From positions 1-24,000 of the forward strand of contig JAENYU010000041.1 of the NCBI GenBank assembly GCA_016841625.1: a stretch of DNA of 24,000 nucleotides. Direction: 5' to 3'. The DNA comes from Methanobacteriota archaeon. Lineage in GTDB: Archaea; Halobacteriota; Methanosarcinia; Methanosarcinales; Methanosarcinaceae. How positions within the stretch are numbered: the stretch's first letter is position 1; every line of letters begins with the position of its first letter. A model generated the notes under the pieces. That model worked only from the letters and a program-made list of their open reading frames with translations, did no database searches and was not told the origin of the DNA. Positions 1 to 7,665 of the stretch are shown piece by piece. The position numbers and the translations under genes are program-made.

Positions 1-42
1 TTTATTTAACTATCGAAATTAATATGAAAATAGTGGGAACTG

Positions 43-201
43 TCAAACTAAGGCTTCAATCGAATCGGCAAAGGCAAAGAGGGCATCAACACGACGGACT
101 ATTTCGTGCTGTTCGGGGAGGGGTGGGAGTGGGAGAGGGCAGTAACGGATTGAAGAAGTTTTTGGTAAATAAAAAAGAAAAACTAAATTTTGAGCAACTA
201 C
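43..201 (-). pseudogene. hsdS: Relic of the conserved region of a type I restriction-modification specificity subunit (HsdS)
   Basis: The minus-strand frame reads ...[32 protein letters not shown]. The block LPPLxEQxxIVxxVDxLxxxxD is the hallmark conserved region of HsdS (compare EcoKI [22 protein letters not shown]). Only about 30 aa are recognisable and there is no target-recognition domain. The relic is bounded by stops and forms a G+C-rich patch inside AT-rich DNA. Confidence 0.55.
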
Positions 202-1104
202 TCAAAAAACCCCGAGACTTTGCTCTTTTGATTTATTAGATATTTTAAGATATACTTCGTTAATTTTATTTATACAAAATAATCTGTTTTCATCGATTAC
301 TTTGACTAAATCCTCTGTGATTTGAAGTTCATCACGTTTATACGTAACACTTTTTCTTTTTTGAAGTATAATTTCATTTTTATCAGGGTAAGACCAGACG
401 GCATCGTGTGCAACTCTATTTCTAATGGATTTTATAAATTCTAATTTTTCATTGATCTCCTTTGTAATGCTCGTTTCTATGCCTTCTTCTTTGCATATTT
501 TTAAAAAAATGTTCTTTTTCTTGTCAAAATTTAATGTTATTATAATTAGATCTTCTAAAAGAAAGGTCTTCCTACTCTGTGGTGTACAAAAGTAGTTTGA
601 GATAAAAAAATCTAAATAGTCTTCAATGTGTACTGCCATCCTCAATATTTCACCACATTTTTCATTGAAGTTTTTATTTATATCTTCAATATCGACTTGC
701 TTTCCAGTAAGCAAATCTAAAAAATCATCATCAACGTAACAGAAAGATTGTGGTGCTTTAAAATCAGTAATTAATGAGTATGGATCGAAAGATTTTGGGA
801 AAATTTCTAGGTTTTCAATTGTAATTGCAAAACCTTGTTGCTTATTCCTGAAATAATTAAAGAAATTTTCTTTTCCAATCCCAGCAAAATCATTGCATTG
901 CTCCCATAATTCATTTGGGCTTCCTTTAATGATTTTACCAATTGTAAAGGCACCTATAATTTTTTTTACGGGATGACTTGAATAAATGAATACCTTTTTT
1001 ATTTCGTGGGGAGTTCTGAATATTACTCTTCTAAACTCATATTTTTTACTCCCATTAATTATTTCTTCAACATAAGTTGGTTTAATTGACAGTAAAACGT
1101 TCAT
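202..1104 (-). CDS. ASCH (PUA-like) domain protein fused to a C-terminal HEPN-like domain
   Basis: 300-aa ORF. The N-terminal ~125 aa fit the ASCH pattern: LLSIKPTYVEEIINGSKKYEFRR, VFIYSSHPVKKIIGAFTIGKII, SPNELWEQ, APQSFCYV. The C-terminal helical half carries an Rx4H HEPN signature (SIRNRVAHD). GAGG lies about 9 nt upstream of the ATG. The ATG sits 23 nt inside the upstream ORF, which suggests translational coupling. Confidence 0.75.
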   Translation of the reverse strand: MNVLLSIKPTYVEEIINGSKKYEFRRVIFRTPHEIKKVFIYSSHPVKKIIGAFTIGKIIKGSPNELWEQCNDFAGIGKENFFNYFRNKQQGFAITIENLEIFPKSFDPYSLITDFKAPQSFCYVDDDFLDLLTGKQVDIEDINKNFNEKCGEILRMAVHIEDYLDFFISNYFCTPQSRKTFLLEDLIIITLNFDKKKNIFLKICKEEGIETSITKEINEKLEFIKSIRNRVAHDAVWSYPDKNEIILQKRKSVTYKRDELQITEDLVKVIDENRLFCINKINEVYLKISNKSKEQSLGVF

Positions 1105-2605
1105 CGATTAGGCCTCGTTTTCTCAATAAAAGGTATTCTTCATGAGTTATCTGAGTTATGCTTTGGGGGGCAGCTTTTAAAATTCCAATTTCCTTTAATT
1201 CTTCCAATCCTAAAGGATTTGGCAAATGAAAATGCCATGTAAATAATATAACCAAAACGGGTTTTTTTGCGAAGTATTCAATTTCTGCTATTGGATAGAC
1301 AGATCTCTTTGCGATATATCGAATTATTTCTTCTTTGTTTTGAATTCCATTAAGCGCCTTTTCAACAACTCCTAATGAAGTTACAGCACTTTCATCTTGT
1401 GAACGATAAAATAATATAATGTCTCCACTTGAGATTTTTTTTATGTTTGAATGGCAAACATAGGCTTTTTTAATGGCATTACCTTCAATGATAAATCTAC
1501 CTGCAAACTCATCTAATGTAGGTTGCCTTCCTTTTTTTTGCTTGCTTTTATATTCGGTGAACAGCTTTTTGTGCCACTCCGGAAGAATAGGTACTATGAA
1601 TTTATTTACGTTTTTTCCATCACAATAACTAGGGTAATATTTTTTTGACATTTCATTTGCATTTATGTATTCAGTTTTGCTTTCATAAACAAGTTTTTTA
1701 AGGAATACTTTCTCCCCGCTCTGATTGAGAGTGGATACATTTTCGAAACCATACTCACTGATTAGATCAACAAGAAAATCGGAAGGTTTTATAAAATGAG
1801 TAAGATATATCTCATTGATTTTATTCTTGATTGAATAATCAACTGCAAGTTTGATAAAAAGTTCTCCAATTATGTTTCCTATATGGGATACTTTAAATGT
1901 GGACAACTTCAGCCTTTTTTTCTTGAAAAGTGGAGGTGTTGAATCTATCGGTTCGCATTCTACCTTATAAATTAGTAAGGCTCCAAGTTTCCCATTTTCT
2001 TTGAGATGGACAAAACATTTTCTACCTTCCCTTGAGATCCTCTTGAACCAATTTTCAAAATTATTTTCTCCATACTCTTCTTTTAGAGAATCGAAAAATT
2101 GATCATTTAAATCTAAATTGTAGACAAATTCATCTCTCAGGGCTGGAAGATGTGATATATTATTTGTATATACTCTATTTCCAAAGATCTCAATAGCTTC
2201 GTCAACTGATAACACACGATCTTTGATCCCCAAACGTTTAGATTTTTGGTGGATGTTATGATCACTTGTAATTAAAAAATCAGCAGCATCTTTATAAATT
2301 GCATACAGTATTGAATTATCAATTTCATCATTAATTTTTGATGGATTCCCAACAGCATTAAGGAACTCTTCATCCTTCACTGGATTAGGGGGGGATTCTA
2401 ATAATGGGTATGCTCCGATTTTTGATAAAACTATAATTTTTCTATTTTCATCAGTATCTCTTTTTATATCTTCGATTGAACCCGGATGTATGAGTATGCT
2501 TGCCTTTACTTGATAAAGGATTTTTACTAAATTCTGAATATTTAAAGAAAGAACTTTGTAATCCTCTCTATAAATAAATATATTCGTGTCAATCAATATA
2601 CGCAT
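1082..2605 (-). CDS. PIN - GNAT-like - ASCH/PUA-like triple-domain protein
   Basis: 507-aa ORF. The N-terminus is a classic PIN domain (MRILIDTNIFIY ... DFLITSDHN, with the acidic residues present). The middle is GNAT-like (GALLIYKVE ... LKLSTFKVSHIGNIIGELFIKLAVDYS ... EIYLTHF ... LISEYGFE ... GEKVFLKKL). The C-terminus is PUA-like (KKISSGDIILFYRSQDESAVTSLGVVEKA ... VLVILFTWHF ... AAPQSITQI) and shares the (A/P)PQS motif with the downstream ASCH protein. Confidence 0.75.
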   Translation of the reverse strand: MRILIDTNIFIYREDYKVLSLNIQNLVKILYQVKASILIHPGSIEDIKRDTDENRKIIVLSKIGAYPLLESPPNPVKDEEFLNAVGNPSKINDEIDNSILYAIYKDAADFLITSDHNIHQKSKRLGIKDRVLSVDEAIEIFGNRVYTNNISHLPALRDEFVYNLDLNDQFFDSLKEEYGENNFENWFKRISREGRKCFVHLKENGKLGALLIYKVECEPIDSTPPLFKKKRLKLSTFKVSHIGNIIGELFIKLAVDYSIKNKINEIYLTHFIKPSDFLVDLISEYGFENVSTLNQSGEKVFLKKLVYESKTEYINANEMSKKYYPSYCDGKNVNKFIVPILPEWHKKLFTEYKSKQKKGRQPTLDEFAGRFIIEGNAIKKAYVCHSNIKKISSGDIILFYRSQDESAVTSLGVVEKALNGIQNKEEIIRYIAKRSVYPIAEIEYFAKKPVLVILFTWHFHLPNPLGLEELKEIGILKAAPQSITQITHEEYLLLRKRGLIDERFTVN

Positions 2606-2789
2606 GTTATTACTTCTTGTAAGGTCTTCTTTAATAAAAATATGTTTGTTTATTCTTAAAGGATCATCTTAAATAAATATAATGTCTACATTTTAGATAT
2701 ATTGATTTTGTTTCGATCTGATGGTTTTTCAATTGAAGACTTTCATGAGGTTCATTGGTTGTAAATTCAAGGATAGTTGGTGTGTTTAA
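2606..2789. promoter_or_regulatory. Divergent AT-rich control region of the ASCH/GNAT cassette
   Basis: A 184-bp gap lies between the divergently oriented ORFs. TATA-like boxes occur on both strands (aaataaatataatg about 2671-2684; ttttagatatatt about 2691-2703). A perfect 10-bp palindrome TTCAATTGAA sits at 2728-2737. GGTG lies 7 nt upstream of the TTG start at 2790. Promoter assignment is inferred, not demonstrated. Confidence 0.3.
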
Positions 2790-4664
2790 TTGGAGAAAGA
2801 GGAATACCAATTTAAAGTACTTTATCTCAAAAATGAACTTGACAGTGTTAAACTTCTACTACAAGATGCTCCTGAGTTTCAGAAACATTATCTAGATTTT
2901 AATAGATGGCTTGATAATGCATTAAAAGAAGCTCAGGAAGGAAAAAGGCTAGTTTATGCTTTGTATCGGCCAATTATGGATAATGGAAATCCTATATTAC
3001 AAATGATTGGTGTAGCTTTCATAAAAATAACTGGACAAACAGCTGAATTGAAAAGTCTGTTTGTTCATGATAGCTCACGAGGGTCTGATAGAAAATATGG
3101 GAGTCATCTATACAAAAATGTAGAAGAGCAATTAGCAAAAAAGGGAGTCTCCAAGATAATTACCGATGTTCCCTGCGAGAATAATCAGGTAAGTTGGTTT
3201 CTTATTCAACATGGTTTTCAGATTAACGGTTTAATTGAAAGGTACAAAAAAGATGACTTTTGTTATATTTTATCTAAAGATGTTAAATCATACTATACAG
3301 GGGATATTTTTGATTGGTATAATGTTGTGAGTTGGTTTTTGGAAAATGTATATCAGTTTGAAATTGGAGAACCTGATATTCTGAATTCAGATAAAATGCT
3401 ACTTATTCCAATATTAAACAATAATAAAAATTTAAGGGTGCCTTTGTTACCATCTTTAAAAGGTATTTCTTTAGTATACGATGTGATGGAAGAAAGTGAT
3501 CTGTTAGTTGTCGATAGTTTATTAGAGAGAATAGATGGAAGCATTCGCATCGTTTTCGCAAAAGAGTTTGGTGATGGGATTGTAGCTAAACTTAATGAAA
3601 ATCATTTTTTAACGTTTGACCAGAATCAGGTCTTTGAATTATGTGGTTGCCCAGATCTCATCTTTGAAAAAGATGAGATTAAGGGGATTATTGTTGAAAT
3701 GAAAAATGATTATTTTGGACGAATAGATGAAGAGTTAGAATACTTTACTTATGTAAAAGGGGCAGGTATTGGAAAATTTGCCAAAAAAGACGATTTTGTA
3801 TTGTTCTTTGTTGATCGTCACGATAAATATCCACAAGGTGCCCTAATGGGTTTTGGAAAAATTAAAAAAATTTCATGTGCGTCCCCAAAAGAACAATGGA
3901 TTCATTATGGACAATTAAATCCCCTTTTTTCGCAGCAGGAATTTGATCAGTTCACGAGTTATAAAAAAGAAGTAATTGGAATTGTAGTCGAAGATTTTAC
4001 GAAAATCTCTCCTATTTCTCATGATGAATTCAGGACTCTGTTCTCAGGAGTAATTTCTACTGAAGACATTGGAAATATGTATGTAAATGAAGATTTCATG
4101 GAGATATTTATGGAAGATGTATCAAATGAAATGAAATCTATAGAAAATAAGGAAATAAGTAATAATGATCCAAATGGTACAAATGACACTGCTCTATTAT
4201 CACCCGAAAAACCCTACAGCAATATTAGAAATTTGAGACTTTCTCTTGAGAATTGTAAAACATTTATTTGGTGGATAGATAAACACTTCAGTAAAAAAGG
4301 GTTTGAGCCGTTAGCAGAGATTGTGGATGCCAACAAGGTACAAAATATCAGAATCTTAATGGGCAATAGCAATGTAAATGATAGCATGAAAAAAGATTAT
4401 GAAAGATTCAAAAGTGAAATGAACAATAAAGAAATCGAAGTCGAATGCCGAGTTATATCAGACTCAAGTCTTTTAAATAAAATTCATGATAGATGGGTTA
4501 TAGCTGAAAATGTAACATATAATCTCCCACCCATAAACACGATTTATCAGAATCAATTTGCTGAAATCAAAAAAACAAACATTTCACTCCCCTTTGATGA
4601 TTGGTGGGATCAAGGAATTGAATTAATTTCAGGCTGGAATTCTATTTTAAGCGCAAAAAAGTGA
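2790..4664 (+). CDS. GNAT acetyltransferase - ASCH/PUA-like - C-terminal MIT_C/PLD-fold-like multidomain protein
   Basis: 624-aa ORF. It opens directly after an in-frame TAA, so the TTG at 2790 is the only start that keeps the GNAT domain intact. GNAT: IGVAFIKITGQTAELKSLFVHDSSRGSDRKYGSHLYKNVEEQLAKKGVSKIITDV...NNQVSWFLIQHGFQ. The mid region parallels the ASCH protein (DDFVLFFVD...MGFGKIKKISCASPKEQWIHYG...VIGIVVEDFTKI). An Asn-rich linker follows. The C-terminal ~150 aa (FIWWIDKHF...IRILMG...EIEVECRVI...KIHDRWVIAENVTYNLP) follow, as I recall it, the strand/HDR pattern of the MITD1 C-terminal PLD-fold domain. Confidence 0.7.
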   Translation: MEKEEYQFKVLYLKNELDSVKLLLQDAPEFQKHYLDFNRWLDNALKEAQEGKRLVYALYRPIMDNGNPILQMIGVAFIKITGQTAELKSLFVHDSSRGSDRKYGSHLYKNVEEQLAKKGVSKIITDVPCENNQVSWFLIQHGFQINGLIERYKKDDFCYILSKDVKSYYTGDIFDWYNVVSWFLENVYQFEIGEPDILNSDKMLLIPILNNNKNLRVPLLPSLKGISLVYDVMEESDLLVVDSLLERIDGSIRIVFAKEFGDGIVAKLNENHFLTFDQNQVFELCGCPDLIFEKDEIKGIIVEMKNDYFGRIDEELEYFTYVKGAGIGKFAKKDDFVLFFVDRHDKYPQGALMGFGKIKKISCASPKEQWIHYGQLNPLFSQQEFDQFTSYKKEVIGIVVEDFTKISPISHDEFRTLFSGVISTEDIGNMYVNEDFMEIFMEDVSNEMKSIENKEISNNDPNGTNDTALLSPEKPYSNIRNLRLSLENCKTFIWWIDKHFSKKGFEPLAEIVDANKVQNIRILMGNSNVNDSMKKDYERFKSEMNNKEIEVECRVISDSSLLNKIHDRWVIAENVTYNLPPINTIYQNQFAEIKKTNISLPFDDWWDQGIELISGWNSILSAKK

Positions 4665-4673
4665 AAGGTTCAA

Positions 4674-4700
4674 GGAAAAGCCGCTTCGCTTCGCGAACGG
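4674..4700 (+). repeat. Copy A of the recurring GGAnAAGCCGCTT hairpin element
   Basis: The sequence is ggaaaagccgcttcgcttcgcgaacgg. The first 20 nt are identical to 15822-15841. It can fold as CCG-C-TTCGC / loop TTC / GCGAA-CGG. It sits in the convergent gap at the right edge of AT-rich island 1. Confidence 0.6.
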
Positions 4701-4719
4701 GACAGAACAGCCATTTTGC

Positions 4720-6975
4720 TCACCCAGACTGCTTGCTTTTCCCCTTCCCCTTCCCCTCCCCAAACTTCGCATACATTTTCCTGGCATATTTTTTCAGCAG
4801 GTAATTCAGGCTCTCCTTCGAAATCGGTTTTGACTTCTTGACCACCATTACCGGCTTTCTGGCATGTATGGCGACCCTCTGGGACAGGGTCCCGAGCAGG
4901 GAAACCTTGAACCTCTGGCTGGAGTCGCCGATGATTGTCAGGTCGCTGTAATTTGAGGCTTCGAGGATGGCGTCTTCTATGGAGTATCTTTCCAGGAGTT
5001 TGAAGCTGACGGGTATCTGGGTTATGTTTTTGGATAGGGTTTCAAGTTCTTCGGAGATTTCCTTTTTCTCCTCCGGGGTCTCATCGGGGCTTATGATTCT
5101 GATTATTTCTATGGCAGCCCCGGTGTTTACAGCCAGTTTTTTTGCCAGGTGAAGGCCGTGGCTGGAATTTTCCTTTCCGTTATATGCTACAAGGATTTTC
5201 TTTATTTTTTCCGGGAGCTTTCCTTTTAATAAAGCGATCTGCTTTTTTGAGGACGAGAGGACGCCGTTTGTGACTTCTCCGAGGTAGTACTGGAATCCCT
5301 TTGCTTCGTGCCACCCCAGGATAATCAGGTCTACGCTCTCTATTTCAGCCTGTTCTATTATTGAATTTGAGATCCTGTGGTCAAAGGCAACTATATATTC
5401 TCTTTTCTGTCCGAAAATTGCAGGGTAGCGGTCAAACTTTTCTTTGAAACGAGTATCCATCTCTATCTTCTTTTCGTGGTAGGCATCCTGAGCTAACTTC
5501 AAGTTTGTCTGGTCAGGGACTTCAATCACATGGAGGCAAATTATCTCGCTTCCCAGGCAATCGGCAAGCTTCAAAAGGTCGCGTTCGTGTGCGGGATTGG
5601 AAATGGGTACCAGTACTTTAGCCACGGAGTCGGGTTTTATGTGCGTTTTTTCGACCGTGTTTTCCAGCAGGTCAAATAAGTTGTATTCCGGCATGGCTTT
5701 GCCCCTTCCATAGAACCGGTACCAGACAGCTCCTATGAATACCAGAATTAAGATGAAAAGGAAAGGAAAAATCCCAAGCAGCGGCAGCAATATTATGCTC
5801 CCGACAACCCCTATGATCTGGGTGAAAGGGAAAAAAGGGTCACGGAACGCAGGTTCGTATCCGGGTAAAGTCCGTTTTCTGAGGATTATTACTGCCATAT
5901 TCAGCAGGATAAATATCAAAATGTTAAAAGCGCCGCCGAGTCTTGCCAGTTCCTCTATATCAAAGAGGAATAGGAGCACGACCATTACGATTCCTGTGAC
6001 CAGGATCGCATTATGGGGAGTCCCGTACTTTTTATGGACCAGGACAAACCATTCCGGCATCAGGGCATCTCTGCTCATAGCAAAAGGAAACCTTGAAGAC
6101 GAAAGTATGGCACCGTTGGCTGTGGAAAGCGTTGCAAGCAGGGCAGCAAGGACAATAGCGATCCTCCCGAATTTTCCTGCCATCAGGCCTGCTATATCTG
6201 CCAGGGGAGTGACCAGAGTTGCGGTCCCTTCAGCCCCTGAGAACCCGACGACTGCTATCATTATGCCGACATAGAACAGGGTTACTACAACTGCTGAAGC
6301 AATAAACGCTCTCGGTAAGTTCTTTGCCGGGTTTTTTACTTCCTCAGAGACCGCTGCAAGTTCTGCCAGTCCCAGGTAAGATATGAAAATAATTCCTGTT
6401 GTGGTGATTATCGATGTCATCCCATAAGGTGTGACAGGGGAAAAGTTAGCCGGCTCAATCCTGAAAAATAATCCGGCTATGAATAAAAGCAGTATTGCCA
6501 GCAGGAGGATCACAATAACGTTCTGCAGCGAACCGCTGCTTTTTGCACCGCGGTAATTAATTGCTAACAGGAGAACTCCCGTGGCAGCTGCTACGAAATA
6601 GAGCGGCAGGGGATAGAAAAGCTGAAAATACTCTGCAAGCCCGATCAGGGCAAACGTCCCTTTGAATATCAATGCCATCCAGGAGCCAAGCCCGATTACC
6701 GCCCCGAATGCAGCCCCCATTGTCCTGCTGATGTAGTAATAGCTGCCGCCTGCAAGGGGCATGCCTGTTGCCAGCTCTGCCATACTGATGGCTGTGGCTA
6801 TTGAAATTATCCCGGCCAGCAGAAAGGAGATTATTGCTCCGGGGCCGGCATTTGCTATGGCTATTCCCGGAAGAATGAATATTCCAGCTCCGATCATCGT
6901 CCCGGTCCCTATTGTGAAAGTCGAGAAAAAGCCCAGGCTGCGCCCCAGCCTCTCCGTTGTTTCAACTGCTGCCAT
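4720..6975 (-). CDS. APC-superfamily amino acid permease fused to tandem C-terminal universal stress protein (UspA) domains
   Basis: 751-aa ORF. The N-terminal ~440 aa are polytopic with the typical APC start (FSTFTIGTGTMIGAGIFILPG). The C-terminal ~300 aa contain two Usp-like alpha/beta modules (KVLVPISNPAHE...DLIILGWH ; KILVAYNGKENSSHGLHLAKKLA...DLTIIGDS). The protein ends in a Gly/Lys tail. Confidence 0.85.
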   Translation of the reverse strand: MAAVETTERLGRSLGFFSTFTIGTGTMIGAGIFILPGIAIANAGPGAIISFLLAGIISIATAISMAELATGMPLAGGSYYYISRTMGAAFGAVIGLGSWMALIFKGTFALIGLAEYFQLFYPLPLYFVAAATGVLLLAINYRGAKSSGSLQNVIVILLLAILLLFIAGLFFRIEPANFSPVTPYGMTSIITTTGIIFISYLGLAELAAVSEEVKNPAKNLPRAFIASAVVVTLFYVGIMIAVVGFSGAEGTATLVTPLADIAGLMAGKFGRIAIVLAALLATLSTANGAILSSSRFPFAMSRDALMPEWFVLVHKKYGTPHNAILVTGIVMVVLLFLFDIEELARLGGAFNILIFILLNMAVIILRKRTLPGYEPAFRDPFFPFTQIIGVVGSIILLPLLGIFPFLFILILVFIGAVWYRFYGRGKAMPEYNLFDLLENTVEKTHIKPDSVAKVLVPISNPAHERDLLKLADCLGSEIICLHVIEVPDQTNLKLAQDAYHEKKIEMDTRFKEKFDRYPAIFGQKREYIVAFDHRISNSIIEQAEIESVDLIILGWHEAKGFQYYLGEVTNGVLSSSKKQIALLKGKLPEKIKKILVAYNGKENSSHGLHLAKKLAVNTGAAIEIIRIISPDETPEEKKEISEELETLSKNITQIPVSFKLLERYSIEDAILEASNYSDLTIIGDSSQRFKVSLLGTLSQRVAIHARKPVMVVKKSKPISKESLNYLLKKYARKMYAKFGEGKGKGKSKQSG

Positions 6976-7157
6976 CTCTGTTCCCCCCTCTGCAGGACTT
7001 TCTAACCGGTAAACCGGGCCTTTATAGATATACAGTCTTTCATTATTCCGACAAGCTTAAGAATATATCCCCATCCCCAGGCCGCCGGACAGGCAGCAAA
7101 AGTTCAAATCACTATTTTAGCGGATCTTGCTTTCGAATATACATATACGTATCCTTC

Positions 7158-7172
7158 GATATTATATAATTT
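7158..7172 (+). promoter_or_regulatory. TATA-box-like element upstream of the YwbE-like gene
   Basis: cgatattatataatt is centred about 25 nt upstream of the ATG at 7190. That spacing fits an archaeal promoter producing a leaderless or short-leader transcript. Confidence 0.35.
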
Positions 7173-7189
7173 CTAACCCACTTTTTACC

Positions 7190-7384
7190 ATGAACGCAGG
7201 CACTAGCAGATCGAACATCAAACCCGGCCTAAAAGTGGGAATCGTCTTAAAAAAGGATCAGAGGACAGGAAAAATAACCCAGGGTACCGTAAAGCGAATT
7301 TTAACCAAATCCCCAAATCATCCGCATGGCATAAAGGTCCAGCTGGAAGACGGACAGGTGGGAAGGGTTAAGGAAATCTATTAA
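7190..7384 (+). CDS. YwbE/DUF2196-family small conserved protein
   Basis: The internal ATG of the 7127..7384 ORF gives 64 aa: MNAGTSRSNIKPGLKVGIVLKKDQRTGKITQGTVKRILTKSPNHPHGIKVQLEDGQVGRVKEIY. This matches the YwbE-family pattern (R..I..G..V.IV.K.DQ.TG....G.V..ILT.S..HP.GIKV.L..G.VGRV). The upstream 21 codons overlap the TATA box and look non-coding. Confidence 0.75.
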   Translation: MNAGTSRSNIKPGLKVGIVLKKDQRTGKITQGTVKRILTKSPNHPHGIKVQLEDGQVGRVKEIY

Positions 7385-7476
7385 AAACTGGCAGGATTTT
7401 TGGTCTTAAACATAACTTTTTAATTTCAGATCAGGACTATAGTTTGTTCTGCGACTGAATTCATTCTTTTCATACA

Positions 7477-7503
7477 GGAGAAGCCGCTTTACCTTGCAAA
7501 CGG
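7477..7503 (+). repeat. Copy D (diverged) of the GGAnAAGCCGCTT hairpin element
   Basis: The sequence is ggagaagccgctttaccttgcaaacgg. It shares GGAnAAGCCGCTT with the other copies. It keeps the CCG...CGG outer stem, and the inner stem is changed to TTT/AAA. It lies about 93 nt downstream of the YwbE-like gene. Confidence 0.4.
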
Positions 7504-7665
7504 ATAAAATGATCAGTATGAACTCTTATATTCATACCGGCTTTGATCTGCCTTCAAAACAGATCGCATCCTGCCTGGATATAATTACGTGAGATTAACC
7601 CGGTTAAATATACTCAAGGATTATTCGGTCCATCAAACCGGGCTTGCTTTTGATAAAGCCAATCT

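Noticed and set aside
24-239. 71-aa plus-strand ORF at the left edge
   Set aside because: The opposite strand encodes a recognisable HsdS conserved block, and the plus-strand translation ([10 protein letters not shown]...GGVGVGEG) looks like its antisense artefact.
3353-3550. 65-aa minus-strand ORF inside the GNAT-ASCH-MIT_C gene (also 17236..17427, 17379..17576 and 18014..18460 inside ravA/viaA-like genes)
   Set aside because: They are antisense to well-supported long ORFs, with low-complexity translations.
5735-6274. 179-aa plus-strand ORF (also 4967..5152 and 6761..7012) inside the permease gene
   Set aside because: These are shadow ORFs antisense to a well-supported 751-aa transporter. 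The translations are low-complexity and Ser/Arg/Pro-rich with no recognisable motifs.
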